Origin: Bacteroidales bacterium
GTDB lineage: Bacteria; Bacteroidota; Bacteroidia; Bacteroidales; WCHB1-69
NCBI GenBank assembly: GCA_017525245.1
Contig: JAFXTE010000012.1
Location: 25,605 to 89,604, forward strand
Direction of reading: 5' to 3'
Length of the DNA stretch: 64,000 bases
Numbering within the stretch: the stretch's first letter is position 1; each line of letters opens with the position of its first letter. A program made the position numbers and the translations under genes. Of this stretch, positions 48,373-58,709 are shown piece by piece. The notes under the pieces are model-generated. The model ran no database searches. It saw nothing but the letters and a program-made list of their open reading frames with translations, and was not told the origin of the DNA.

Positions 48373-48607
48373 AGGGCGATGAAACGATGATGCGATGAAA
48401 CGATGAGGCGATGAGACGATGAAACGATGAGGCGATGATGTCCGATGAAACGATGAAGGACGATGTAATGACAAGAGTATAGTCTGTTCACAATTCACTG
48501 CTCACTATTTACAAATCACTAATCACCAATCACTAATCACCAATCACTTATCACCAATCACAATACCCCAGCTTCAATAACCAATAACCTATAACCCATA
48601 ACCATTA
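48366..48607. repeat. CGATGARR octamer array, AATCACY heptamer array and AATAACC unit
   Basis: Arrays at 48366-48465 (overlaps the ftsW stop), 48514-48560 and 48571-48607. Confidence 0.85.
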
Positions 48608-48611
48608 CATA

Positions 48612-50537
48612 ATGATTCAAATCAACAAACTGTCAGTCAATTTCACTGGAGACTTCCTCTTCAAGGACGTTTCGTTTGTGGCGGGTGACAAGGATCGTAT
48701 CGGACTTGTGGGGCATAATGGTGCGGGGAAATCGACATTGCTGAAGATCATCCATCGCGACATCGAGCCGGCGTCGGGTACGATGGTCATCACCTCCGGT
48801 CATAGGGTGGGGTATTTGCCGCAGGAACTCGCCGGAACATCCACGCTGTCCGTATGGGACGAGGCGGTTTCCGCATTTGAGGAGATACGGGTTATGGAAC
48901 GCAAGATGCAGCATATCTCCAACGAGTTAGCTGAGCGCACGGATTACGAATCCGACGGATATGCCCAGTTGACACAACAACTCTCTGACTTGAATGACAG
49001 ATATAACCACCTTGGTGGCAATACGATAGAGGCTGAAACCGAGAAAGTGCTGGCAGGTATGGGATTTTTCCGAGAGGAGTTCCATCAGCCGATGTCCTCG
49101 TTCAGCAATGGCTGGCAGATGCGTGTCTGCCTTGCCAAAATCCTCCTCCAAAAGCCCGAAATCATTCTCCTTGACGAGCCCACCAATCACCTCGACATCG
49201 AATCCATCCAGTGGTTGGAGGAATATTTGGCAAATTACGACGGTTGCGTCATCCTCGTCTCCCACGACCGCGCATTCCTCGACCGAGTGACCAACCGTAC
49301 CATTGAGATCACGTTAGGAAATATTCAGGATTACAAGTGCAGCTATTCCAAATACGTTGAACAGCGTTTGGAACGCATTGAAAGCCAGCAGTCTGCGTAT
49401 GAGAACCAACAGAAGGAAATTGCGCAGATAGAGCGGTTTATTGAGCGGTTCCGTTATAAGGCCACCAAAGCTCGGCAGGTACAGAGCCGAATCAAGATGC
49501 TGGAGAAGATGGATCGTGTGGAGGTGGACGAATACGACAAAAGTTCCATATCGTTCAAGTTCCCGCCTGCACCGCATTCGGGATTGGTGGTGGTGGAGAG
49601 CAAGAACCTTTCGTTGGGTTATGACACCAAGCCGGGCGTGCTCAAGGGGGTGGATTTCCGGCTTGAGCGTGGCGAGCGCGTGGCGTTCGTCGGCCGCAAC
49701 GGTGAGGGCAAATCCACCATGGTGAAAGCCATCGTGGGTGCGCTGCCCCCTGAAAGCGGTGAATTGCAGCTTGGATATCAAGTGGTTGTAGGTTACTATG
49801 CACAGAACCAAGCGCAACTGCTCAATCCCGAAAAGACCGTTTTCGAGACGATTGACGATGTGGCGGTGGGCGACATCCGGCCCAAAATCCGCACCATCCT
49901 CGGCAGCTTCCTTTTCGACACGGAAGACACCGAAAAGAAGGTGAAAGTGCTTTCCGGTGGCGAAAAAGCGCGTCTCGCGTTGGCAAAGCTGCTGTTATCT
50001 CCCTTCAACCTGCTTATCCTCGACGAGCCGACCAACCATCTCGACATGCCTTCCAAGGACGTGCTCAAAAACGCTCTGTTGCAGTATGAAGGCAGCCTGA
50101 TTCTTGTTTCCCACGACCGTGACTTCCTGCAAGGGCTCACTTCCAAAGTATATGAGTTCAAGAACCATCAGATGCACGCTTTCACCGGCGACATCTATGA
50201 TTTTCTCGCACAGCGCAAGATGGAGACGCTCAATGAGCTGCAGAGCCGAACGGCGGCATCTGCCAGCGCATCTGGAGAGAAAGTGTCCAGCAACAAGGAG
50301 CAGTGGGAGCAGAAAAAGCAACGCGAGGCCGACGACCGCAAGAAGAAGAACCGGCTGCGCAAATTAGAGGATGAGTTGGAATTGTTGCAGCGGCTTCTGG
50401 CCGACACAGAGGAACGGCTCGCCAATCCTGAAGGCAACGCTGAGGCCATCGCTTCCGGGGAACTCTACAAAGCATACGAGTCGATAAAGGCTCAAATTGA
50501 GGAGAAGGAGACAGAGTGGTTGGAGTTGAGTGAATGA
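48612..50537 (+). CDS. ABC-F family ATP-binding protein
   Basis: Two ABC domains (GHNGAGKST...LDEPTNHLD; GRNGEGKST...LSGGE...LDEPTNHLD), no TM, C-terminal coiled coil. Confidence 0.93.
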   Translation: MIQINKLSVNFTGDFLFKDVSFVAGDKDRIGLVGHNGAGKSTLLKIIHRDIEPASGTMVITSGHRVGYLPQELAGTSTLSVWDEAVSAFEEIRVMERKMQHISNELAERTDYESDGYAQLTQQLSDLNDRYNHLGGNTIEAETEKVLAGMGFFREEFHQPMSSFSNGWQMRVCLAKILLQKPEIILLDEPTNHLDIESIQWLEEYLANYDGCVILVSHDRAFLDRVTNRTIEITLGNIQDYKCSYSKYVEQRLERIESQQSAYENQQKEIAQIERFIERFRYKATKARQVQSRIKMLEKMDRVEVDEYDKSSISFKFPPAPHSGLVVVESKNLSLGYDTKPGVLKGVDFRLERGERVAFVGRNGEGKSTMVKAIVGALPPESGELQLGYQVVVGYYAQNQAQLLNPEKTVFETIDDVAVGDIRPKIRTILGSFLFDTEDTEKKVKVLSGGEKARLALAKLLLSPFNLLILDEPTNHLDMPSKDVLKNALLQYEGSLILVSHDRDFLQGLTSKVYEFKNHQMHAFTGDIYDFLAQRKMETLNELQSRTAASASASGEKVSSNKEQWEQKKQREADDRKKKNRLRKLEDELELLQRLLADTEERLANPEGNAEAIASGELYKAYESIKAQIEEKETEWLELSE

Positions 50538-50580
50538 AATGGTGCGAATTGCTGTGTGTTAGATAATTATGTACATTTGC

Positions 50581-51198
50581 AACCAGTACGTCCACTCCAA
50601 GTTCATAGCAGAGCGGGTAGTCCTGCAGGCCATTGCGGAGAACGGGCTGTCGGCCAAGGTCATCCGCGTCGGTAATCTCGCGGCACGTTCCAAAGACGGC
50701 GAGTTCCAGATTAACTTCTCCACGAATGCCTACATGGGCCGCATCAAGGTCTATAACATGTTGGGCTGCTGTCCTTATTCCATTTACGAGAGCAAGGTGG
50801 AGTTCTCGCCCATCGATGAGGTGGCGCGGGCGATTATTCTGCTCAGTACCACTCCCAAGGAATGCTGCGTGTTTCACACCTACAACAATCACGCGCTGTT
50901 CCTCGGTGACGTGCTCAGCGGCCTCAACAACATCGGCACGGACATCCGCTTCGTAGAGGATGAGGAGTACAACTCTGCGATGGAAAGTGCGGGCAATGAT
51001 CCGCAGAAGGCCAAAACTCTTTCCAGTCTGCTCGCTTACAAGGATGCAGCCCACGGAAAGAAAGCCGCCAGCGTACCCGTTGTCAACGCTTACACCACGC
51101 AGGTGCTCTATCGTTTGGGCTTCAAATGGTCGCCCACCACGTGGGATTACGTTGATCAGATGCTGGGTACCATCAGCGGGTTGGGATTTTTCGATTAG
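50581..51198 (+). pseudogene. C-terminal fragment of an NRPS-type thioester reductase (NAD_binding_4) domain
   Basis: NQYVHSKFIAE (YxxSK), IRVGNL, EFSPID.VARAI; the N-terminal Rossmann motif is missing. Confidence 0.65.
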
Positions 51199-51212
51199 TG
51201 TGTGATTTGTTG

Positions 51213-51247
51213 AGGGTGTGCCAAAATGTCACTTTTGACGCACTCTC
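51213..51247. repeat. Imperfect palindrome GAGGGTGTGCCAAAA-N6-TTTTGACGCACTCTC
   Basis: Inverted arms read directly; may act as a terminator or be a dispersed repeat. Confidence 0.5.
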
Positions 51248-51391
51248 ACAACCAAACCATCTTGTGCACCTCCGTGCCCCATAATCCAAAAGGCATTTTT
51301 GGTTCGTAGATCAGTTTTTGAAAGGCATTGCAATTTGTAGCTGTTTTTTGTAATTTTGCCGCGAATATTTAGTTTTATAGAACAATCAGTT

Positions 51392-51787
51392 ATGTACAAT
51401 TGGTTTTTGTATGAACAAGAAAAGAAAAAACATTTGGAAGAGGTCAAGAAACGCATACTTGATGAAGAAATGGATAATCTTCCCATGATAATTCAAGAGC
51501 TGGATGATGTGGAAGATATTACTATTGAAGACCTTTCTTTTTCGGATGGCCCTGGCTGTTACTACTCTGCGTATCTGCACACCACATGGGAGGTATATGT
51601 GCTGCGTGGAAGCGGATTCTTTGAGTTTGGACGGCCACTCCCACTCCCTGCCAAGAATCTTGAACTTGTTAAGAGACAAGTTTATGTTTATGTGGGTATT
51701 ACTGAAATTGGCACATTATTAGAATGGGAAACAAAATGGCATGACGCTTACAAAGAACACATGAGAAAAATTGAAGTGTATGATTAA
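51392..51787 (+). CDS. Hypothetical protein (AT-rich)
   Basis: ORF with TAATTTTG box upstream; no family recognised. Confidence 0.55.
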   Translation: MYNWFLYEQEKKKHLEEVKKRILDEEMDNLPMIIQELDDVEDITIEDLSFSDGPGCYYSAYLHTTWEVYVLRGSGFFEFGRPLPLPAKNLELVKRQVYVYVGITEIGTLLEWETKWHDAYKEHMRKIEVYD

Positions 51788-52009
51788 GCCGTTGCAGATT
51801 GTGACGGCTTGTATGGATATTTTTTGTGGGGTTGAAGATGCGCGGGGGTAAGTTCACACTGAAAACAATTATCTTTCGGAGGGTGGTCGCCGCATAAAAT
51901 GACCAGAGTTTCTTGAGGAAGTTTGTTTTTTTCATGTCAAAAATCAATTTCCGTCAGATATGAGATAAAAGTGTATTTTTGCATTCCGAAAAAAGAAAAA
52001 ACAGGCAGA

Positions 52010-53215
52010 ATGAAACGTTTGATAATCCGAAATATTGGGCCACTGAAAAACGTGGAAATTGAATTGGCAAAGGTCAATGTGATTGTTGGACCTCAAAGTT
52101 CTGGCAAAAGTTGCGTTCTGAAGATTGCCTGCTATTGCGCTTGGGTGGAAAAAAAGATAGAATTAGCTCAATCGGCGGAGGAATTCATGAAAGAGGATTT
52201 TTTTGTCAAGGAGCTTGTCAGATTTCATAAATTGAAAGGGTATTTTAAGAACAATTCGTATATAGGCTACGAGTCAGATTACACTCGTTTTTCGTATGAT
52301 GCCGAAACCAAAGGATTTCAGTTTGAGTGGAAAGCGGGAAGATGGGATTACCGAAGACCGAAGGTCTCCTATATCCCTGCAGAGCGCAATCTGGTGGCAG
52401 CTATTCCAAATTGGTTTGATGTTAAGTTTTATGATGATAACATCCAAAGTTTTATGGCCGATTGGGATCGTGCAAGAAGATCATACACAGAGCAGTTAGA
52501 GATTCTTAATCTTGGTGTTTCATATAAGTACGATGAAAAGAAGAATACCGACCAAGTGGAGGTGGACGAAGATACTACACTTGAACTTACCAATACATCA
52601 AGTGGACTCCAGTCATTAATCCCTTTGTATGTACATCTTAATTTCATCAGTGACTATGAGAATAATGTCAGGGAAGCACAAAGCTATTCGAATATCAAAA
52701 TTGGGGAAAGGTTTCTTCAAACAATGTATAATGAACTGTTTGTGAAGACAGGGAAGACGGATGAAGGGCGAAGGAAAAACAATGATGTTGAATTAGAAGT
52801 AAAGCAGCCGCATTCAATCATCACAATTGCACGAGTGGGTCCGTATTTGTTGAATTTCACAAAACGTGAATATGCCAAAGAGTGTCAAGAGATTTTCAAA
52901 AGATATGTGGAAACAGATCATGCAGAGATTTTCCTTGAAGAGCCTGAGAACAATTTGTTCCCCCCAACCCAGAGCCGCTTAGTGGATTGGTTGTTGTCGA
53001 AGACAATTGGAGAACAAGGGGCCTGTTTGTTTGTTGCCACCCATAGCCCTTATATGATGACTGCTTTCTTGGAAAAGGATCTTAAGGATTTTCACTTGTT
53101 TTTGGAAAAGAGAGAAGGAAAGTTTTCAACGGTTGTTACTGCGTCAGAAAAGGATGTGCAGGAAATCTACGATGACGGGATAGATGTGTATTATAACATA
53201 GAGTCGTACACTTAA
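52010..53215 (+). CDS. AAA_15/AAA_21-type ABC ATPase
   Basis: IRNIGP, GPQSSGKS, YIPAER, SSGLQS, FLEEPENNLFP, ATHSPY. Confidence 0.88.
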   Translation: MKRLIIRNIGPLKNVEIELAKVNVIVGPQSSGKSCVLKIACYCAWVEKKIELAQSAEEFMKEDFFVKELVRFHKLKGYFKNNSYIGYESDYTRFSYDAETKGFQFEWKAGRWDYRRPKVSYIPAERNLVAAIPNWFDVKFYDDNIQSFMADWDRARRSYTEQLEILNLGVSYKYDEKKNTDQVEVDEDTTLELTNTSSGLQSLIPLYVHLNFISDYENNVREAQSYSNIKIGERFLQTMYNELFVKTGKTDEGRRKNNDVELEVKQPHSIITIARVGPYLLNFTKREYAKECQEIFKRYVETDHAEIFLEEPENNLFPPTQSRLVDWLLSKTIGEQGACLFVATHSPYMMTAFLEKDLKDFHLFLEKREGKFSTVVTASEKDVQEIYDDGIDVYYNIESYT

Positions 53216-53754
53216 TGGCTAAGAGAGCGAATCATATTTTTCCAGAGTGTTATGTGGATACGAACATCTTGAAGACGTTGTTGTGTCTGGATGGTGTAAA
53301 TCACAAGCATGGATGTTCGAATGTAATGGCCGGCATGAAAACTGGCCGCTTTTCTGATGTCTTTGCCATTGGAATCATTGACGATGACAAGAAAAAAACG
53401 TATGACTATGCCGATTTTCAGTTGTTGGCAAGTTCGGAGCATCTGAGACTGATGAAACACAAAACTCGTCATCACTATCTGATATTCGTATGCAAGGCGG
53501 CGGAAGATTTCTTGTTGTCGTGCGCAGCAGAATTGTCACTGAACCTATCGGATTATGGGTTACCTGACACACTGGAAAGTTTGAAAGAAGTCACCAAGGA
53601 TAGCGAATCAGACAAAGAGCCGCGAATCAAGAAGCTGGTAAATGCTTTGAGAACATCGTCAGAAATGTCCCGTCTGGAGCGGACTCTTTGTTATTTGCAA
53701 ACCAAACAGTATGATGCAAATATGGCAGAATTGGTCGAGGTGTTCAACCAGTAG
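53215..53754 (+). CDS. ATPase-coupled partner with TOPRIM-like acidic motifs
   Basis: TAATG overlap with the ATPase stop; IFPECYVD and GIIDDDK, later AAEDFLL. Confidence 0.6.
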   Translation: MAKRANHIFPECYVDTNILKTLLCLDGVNHKHGCSNVMAGMKTGRFSDVFAIGIIDDDKKKTYDYADFQLLASSEHLRLMKHKTRHHYLIFVCKAAEDFLLSCAAELSLNLSDYGLPDTLESLKEVTKDSESDKEPRIKKLVNALRTSSEMSRLERTLCYLQTKQYDANMAELVEVFNQ

Positions 53755-53889
53755 TCCTTCCTCACCCTTCAGACTAACCCTTTCCATATTTCGTTTTTTG
53801 GGGTCAGTAGCAAAAAAAGAAAACGCAAGAAAAAAATCACGAAAATGCTACTTTTGCAAGCTTGTTTGCCTTAAAATTCAGAGAAAACT

Positions 53890-54090
53890 ATGGAGAAAAT
53901 ATTAAGGTTGATAAAGGAGAATCCTGAAATCTCCAATAAAGAATTGGCAGATGCCTGCGGTATTACGGAGGATGGAGTCTGTCGGAACACCAAGAAGTTG
54001 AGAAAAAACAACCTCATTCGGCGAGTAAGAGGTGACAAAGGCGAGCATTGGGAATTTATTAATGACGGAAGTCAAGACAAAAAAGAATAA
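53890..54090 (+). CDS. Small winged-HTH protein
   Basis: ILRLIKENPEISNKELADACGI...IRRVRGDKGEHWEFI; similar to 5982-6371. Confidence 0.65.
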   Translation: MEKILRLIKENPEISNKELADACGITEDGVCRNTKKLRKNNLIRRVRGDKGEHWEFINDGSQDKKE

Positions 54091-54231
54091 ATTCAGGAAT
54101 CATTCGAGTTGTTTCTGTCTCACCTTCGTGAGTTTGCCAAGCTGTTAGAATTTCCAACTGACAAAATCCAAAGAAATTCATTTTATCCTTCACAATGTTT
54201 CTGCGGAGAGAACGAGATTATATGGCAATAG

Positions 54232-54264
54232 AAAAAAGAGACGCGATGATTCGCGTCTCTTTTT
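54232..54264. terminator. Bidirectional terminator (REP-like stem)
   Basis: AAAAAAGAGACGCGATGATTCGCGTCTCTTTTT between convergent genes. Confidence 0.8.
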
Positions 54265-54288
54265 GATTTCGTCAAATATCCCGAGGAA

Positions 54289-54819
54289 TTATTTCTTGAC
54301 GATGTTGGAAATCTTGTAGGTGGTCACAATGCCGTTGAATTCTTCAAACACCAGTTCTATCGGAAGGTTGTCGGACTTGCGGTAGGTGATGATGATTTTG
54401 GAGTAGCCGCGCGGGGCCGACTTTTTCGCACTCAACGTCACCACCTTGTTGGCGCCCTTCTCTGCCACGGAGGTCTCGGCGTTGTTGTCGGAGGCTGCCT
54501 GCTTCCAATTGCCGTTGACACAGTTCATCAGGGTGTTGCGGTGGGTGCGCATGGCGGCGTTTTTCTCGGTGTCCACAACAGTCTTCTTGCCCTTGACACT
54601 CGTGCTCATCGTCTTGCCGTCGATGATGAAATAGTCGCCGGCCGGCTTGGTGTAGCGAAGCTCCATCTTGTCAGCGGAGAACAGTTTGAGATTTCCTTCT
54701 GCCTCGATGGTTTTGCCGGAGGCCTTGATGAATTTGGATTCGGTGAAACGGGCCTCCACCTTCTGGGCGGAAGCGGCAAATGCCAGCATGGCAATGACAA
54801 TGGTCAGTATTTTCTTCAT
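54289..54819 (-). CDS. LolA-like periplasmic carrier protein
   Basis: Signal peptide; ARFTESKF...EGNL...LRYTKP.GDYFIIDG...FEEFNG. Confidence 0.7.
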   Translation of the reverse strand: MKKILTIVIAMLAFAASAQKVEARFTESKFIKASGKTIEAEGNLKLFSADKMELRYTKPAGDYFIIDGKTMSTSVKGKKTVVDTEKNAAMRTHRNTLMNCVNGNWKQAASDNNAETSVAEKGANKVVTLSAKKSAPRGYSKIIITYRKSDNLPIELVFEEFNGIVTTYKISNIVKK

Positions 54820-54870
54820 ATTTCGATAATAATTTTTGCTAGACTGAAACGGGCGGCAAAAGTAAAATTT

Positions 54871-57291
54871 TTATTTTTCCACTCTCCGCTTCATGAACGG
54901 CCATTTCATCAGCCAGCGGAACAACAGAGGCTGCAACGTGTAGGTGATCAGGATGGTGGAGATCATGCCAATCAACGCGCATTCGCCGATGGAAACGATG
55001 GTTGGGTGTTTGGCGAACAACATCGCCCCCATCACGACAATCAACACCAAAGCCGAAAAGAAAATGGCCACTTTATGGTATTCTAACAGGCGACTCTCTT
55101 CCTGACGTTGCCCCTCGATCAGTCCTTTCATGACGAAAATGCTGTAATCCACGCCGATACCGAAGATAAACGTGGAGATTACTATGTTGATCATGTTGAA
55201 CGACAACCCAAGGATGGCCATCCAGCCCTGCACCACATACCAACTCAGGAACATCGGCAGGAAAGCGAGGATCGATATTAGAATGTTTCTGAAAGAAAGC
55301 AACAGTACTACGAACACAAAGACGGACGAGATGATCAATGCCATGTTGAAGTCCTTGTGAATCATGGAGATCAAGCCTCCCGTGTAGTATAAGGGATCGA
55401 CCACCACGGCATGCGGTTTGGCAGCGACACAGTCATCGACTTCTTTCAATTTCTCTTTGGATAACTGTGGGGCGTTGAAAATCAAGAATTTGCCATCAGT
55501 TTCTTCGATGAAGTTGCAGAGAAGGCCGTCGGGGACGATACCCGATTCGTATAGGTTGCCGGGTTCGTATTCCGCCTCGATCATGGCCTGGAAAGGCACG
55601 AAAATATCGGTCGGAAGCTCGTTTTTCAAAGCCGCTGCCTTGACGGCTGACATCGCCTGCGCCACCTTTTCGGGGGTCCAGTAACGCTGCCAGGCGGCAA
55701 TGCGGCGTTCCTGTTCTGCCTGCGACTGGAACAACAACGATGCTACCGGTGTGTAGGAGAAGACGTCCCCAGCCCTGCGCAACGAATCCAAAGTGGTGGC
55801 AAGCGCCATATTGGCCTCCAAAGCCTCGTCCAAATCCGCCGCCGTGACGGCATAATACCGCTGCATACCGCCTTGGTCGTTCTTCTCCTCATACAATTGC
55901 CGCGATTTTTGGAAAGCTTCGCTCTCATAACCGATATGTTTCAGGTCATTGTCGAACTGAACCTTGCCTGAAAAGATGAACCCAATCAGAATGACAATAC
56001 ATAAAGCAATGATAATAACAGGGTTACGGTCGTATGGATAGTTGTTGATTTTGTTAATCAATTTGAATGCCTTCTTGCTGTGTTTGGCGTCTTTCACATT
56101 CAGGAAATGGGGCAGGAAGATTAAAGCGAAGAAGGTGCTTCCGAGGAGCGCGAAGGTGGCGAACAGTCCGAAGTCCTTCAACAGCTCGCTTTCGGTAAAC
56201 ATCAGTCCGAGGAACGCACCGATGGTGGTGAGGCAGCCGAGGCAAACGGGGACGGCTTCATCCTTCAGCATCTGCTCCACATCGCCTACAAACCGTTGAT
56301 GCACGATGATATGCAAGCAATAACTGAGGGCAACGCCCAAAATCACGGCGCCTACACCCAAGGCCATCAACGACATGCCGCCCTTGATCCAATACATGCA
56401 GGCCAATGCGAAGACGGCTCCATACAGGATGGGCAGCACATTCTGCCAGATGATATTGTAGCTCTTGAAACTAATGCATAAATAGAGGAGAATCAGCACC
56501 AAAGAGATGCCGATGGTGAGGGCAATATCCCGTTTCATGGTGCTGGCGTTGTTGGCAGACTCCACCACAGCGCCATGCATCAGCACCTCCACATCCGGAT
56601 GCGTTTTGTTGAATTGCTGGATGCAGTCGCGGAGATGATTGATCAGTTTCCCGCCTTCCTGGGAGTTGAAAGTTTGGAAATCGGGGGCGATAAAGATCAG
56701 TGCCACGGAGCTGTCGGGGCAGAACAGATGCCCGTCGATGAGGGCGAAGCCCATGCCGCTGGAGATGTCGGGCATCAGGTACTCGCGCAGTCCTAACGGG
56801 TCGGTGGAGACCAGCTCCGAGACCATGCCGGTTTCGTCGTTCATGATCAACTCGTGATTGCGGGCCATGGTCTCGTCGGCGTGGGCGATGGCGGAATTGA
56901 ATCGGGCGTACAGGGTCGTGTCCACGAACGACGGCACGTGCATCATGGCGTAATCGAGCGCGTTGAGTGCCATGTCGGGTTCCAGACGGTAAAGCGTGTT
57001 GGCGATGCCCTCGTCGTTGGTGAGGATGGAGTCCATCAACTCATCAACATAGCCGACCATCACTTCCGGCTCCGCACCCGTCATCTGCATGAAGAGCTTG
57101 TCCTTGACTTTCACATTGCCGAATACCAAGTCACATTCTGACTTTTCAGACTTCGGCAAAAGTTTCATCAGATCTTCTTCAAATTGAGATTTTGTGGCGA
57201 AAAACGCGAAAATAACACTGCTTAAAACCAAAAGTGCATATAAAAGGAACTTATGCTGTGTGAAAAATCGGTAGATCTTTACGAAAACCAT
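54871..57291 (-). CDS. MMPL/RND family lipid exporter
   Basis: Two repeats of periplasmic loop + TM bundle; LGVALSY and FGIGVDYSIF motifs. Confidence 0.85.
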   Translation of the reverse strand: MVFVKIYRFFTQHKFLLYALLVLSSVIFAFFATKSQFEEDLMKLLPKSEKSECDLVFGNVKVKDKLFMQMTGAEPEVMVGYVDELMDSILTNDEGIANTLYRLEPDMALNALDYAMMHVPSFVDTTLYARFNSAIAHADETMARNHELIMNDETGMVSELVSTDPLGLREYLMPDISSGMGFALIDGHLFCPDSSVALIFIAPDFQTFNSQEGGKLINHLRDCIQQFNKTHPDVEVLMHGAVVESANNASTMKRDIALTIGISLVLILLYLCISFKSYNIIWQNVLPILYGAVFALACMYWIKGGMSLMALGVGAVILGVALSYCLHIIVHQRFVGDVEQMLKDEAVPVCLGCLTTIGAFLGLMFTESELLKDFGLFATFALLGSTFFALIFLPHFLNVKDAKHSKKAFKLINKINNYPYDRNPVIIIALCIVILIGFIFSGKVQFDNDLKHIGYESEAFQKSRQLYEEKNDQGGMQRYYAVTAADLDEALEANMALATTLDSLRRAGDVFSYTPVASLLFQSQAEQERRIAAWQRYWTPEKVAQAMSAVKAAALKNELPTDIFVPFQAMIEAEYEPGNLYESGIVPDGLLCNFIEETDGKFLIFNAPQLSKEKLKEVDDCVAAKPHAVVVDPLYYTGGLISMIHKDFNMALIISSVFVFVVLLLSFRNILISILAFLPMFLSWYVVQGWMAILGLSFNMINIVISTFIFGIGVDYSIFVMKGLIEGQRQEESRLLEYHKVAIFFSALVLIVVMGAMLFAKHPTIVSIGECALIGMISTILITYTLQPLLFRWLMKWPFMKRRVEK

Positions 57292-57516
57292 ATTGAATTT
57301 ACAATTTTTTTTATAAAAAAAGCCCGTTTTTTAAGCGGCGGCAAAAGTACAAAAATTTATGTATTTTTGCCGCTCGTCAAAAACAATTGATTTGACGCAT
57401 TTTACAAATGTTAAAGAAACTTAAAATCAGAGAGATGTGAAAAATCATTATTCATGTTTGTTGTTTTTGATTATTCATAATTTGTCAGTTAAGTTTGCAG
57501 AATAATAGTGTCACCT

Positions 57517-58707
57517 ATGAGAAATCATCTTCTACAAAACAAATGTGCGCAATACAGAGCGCCTCAAATCGCAAAAGCAAAGGGAATCTATCCATATTAT
57601 AAAGAAATAGAGTCTGAACAGAGCACAGTGGTGAAGATTAAGGGCAAGGATGTGCTGATGTTCAGCTCGAACAGCTATCTGGGTCTTTCCAACGACCCGC
57701 GTCTGAAGGAGGCGGCCAAAGCCGCAATCGACAAATACGGTACGAGTTGCTCCGGCTCTCGTTTTCTCAACGGAACACTCGATATCCACGTGGAATTGGA
57801 GAATAAGTTGGCCCAATTGGTAGGCAAGGACGGTGCGTTGTGCTTCAGCACGGGCTTCCAAGTTAACTTGGGAGTGGTTTCTGCGTTGTGCGGTCGCAAC
57901 GATTATCTGCTTCTCGACCGCCTCAATCACGCTTCCATCATTGAGGGCAGCCGTTTGGCGTTCGGCAAATCGTTGAAGTACGCCCACAACGACATGGAGA
58001 GTCTGGAGAAGTGCCTGCAACAATGCGAACCCGAATCCGTCAAGCTGATCGTGGCCGACGGTGTCTTCTCAATGGAGGGCGACATCGTCCCGTTGCCTGA
58101 AATGGTGGCCTTGGCGGACAAATACGATGCGGAAATCATGCTCGACGATGCCCATTCCTTGGGTGTTTTGGGACATCAGGGCAGGGGCACTGCCGACCAT
58201 TTCGGGCTGACCGACAAGGTGGACCTCATCATGGGCACCTTCTCGAAGTCGTTCGGCTCGTTGGGCGGTTTCATCGCTTCCGATACGGACACTATCAACT
58301 ATCTGAAACACAATACACGCTCGCTGATTTTCAGTGCCAGTATGCCGCCGTCCAACGTGGCTGCGGTCAGCAAGGCCATCGATATCATGTTGGACGAGCC
58401 GGAGCGCATCCAGCATTTGTGGGACGTGAGCAACTACGCCCGCAACCAGTTCAAAGAGCGCGGTTTCGACACAGGCCGCAGCGAGACGCCCATCATCCCC
58501 TTGTTTGTACGGAACTCCGAGAAGGCCTTCTGGCTTTGCTCGCGCTTGCTGGAGGATGGCGTTTTCGTCACGCCGGTCATCGCGCCCGCGGTGCCCGAAA
58601 ATGACGTGCTGATCCGTTTCGCCCTGATGGCCACGCACACCTTCGAGCAGGTTGACGAGGCCATCGATAAGATCACCAAAGCGTTCAAGGACGCGGAAAT
58701 CCTATAG
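57517..58707 (+). CDS. spt: Serine palmitoyltransferase (alpha-oxoamine synthase family)
   Basis: SNSYLGL, GSRFLNGT, NHASI, DGVFSMEGD, DDAHS, PLP-lysine GTFSKS; an alternative GTG start lies at 57508. Confidence 0.8.
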   Translation: MRNHLLQNKCAQYRAPQIAKAKGIYPYYKEIESEQSTVVKIKGKDVLMFSSNSYLGLSNDPRLKEAAKAAIDKYGTSCSGSRFLNGTLDIHVELENKLAQLVGKDGALCFSTGFQVNLGVVSALCGRNDYLLLDRLNHASIIEGSRLAFGKSLKYAHNDMESLEKCLQQCEPESVKLIVADGVFSMEGDIVPLPEMVALADKYDAEIMLDDAHSLGVLGHQGRGTADHFGLTDKVDLIMGTFSKSFGSLGGFIASDTDTINYLKHNTRSLIFSASMPPSNVAAVSKAIDIMLDEPERIQHLWDVSNYARNQFKERGFDTGRSETPIIPLFVRNSEKAFWLCSRLLEDGVFVTPVIAPAVPENDVLIRFALMATHTFEQVDEAIDKITKAFKDAEIL

Positions 58708-58709
58708 AC

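Noticed and set aside
57517-58707. bioF or kbl
   Set aside because: The GSRFLNGT motif and lipid-gene context favour SPT; no bio or tdh genes nearby. Not excluded without phylogeny.
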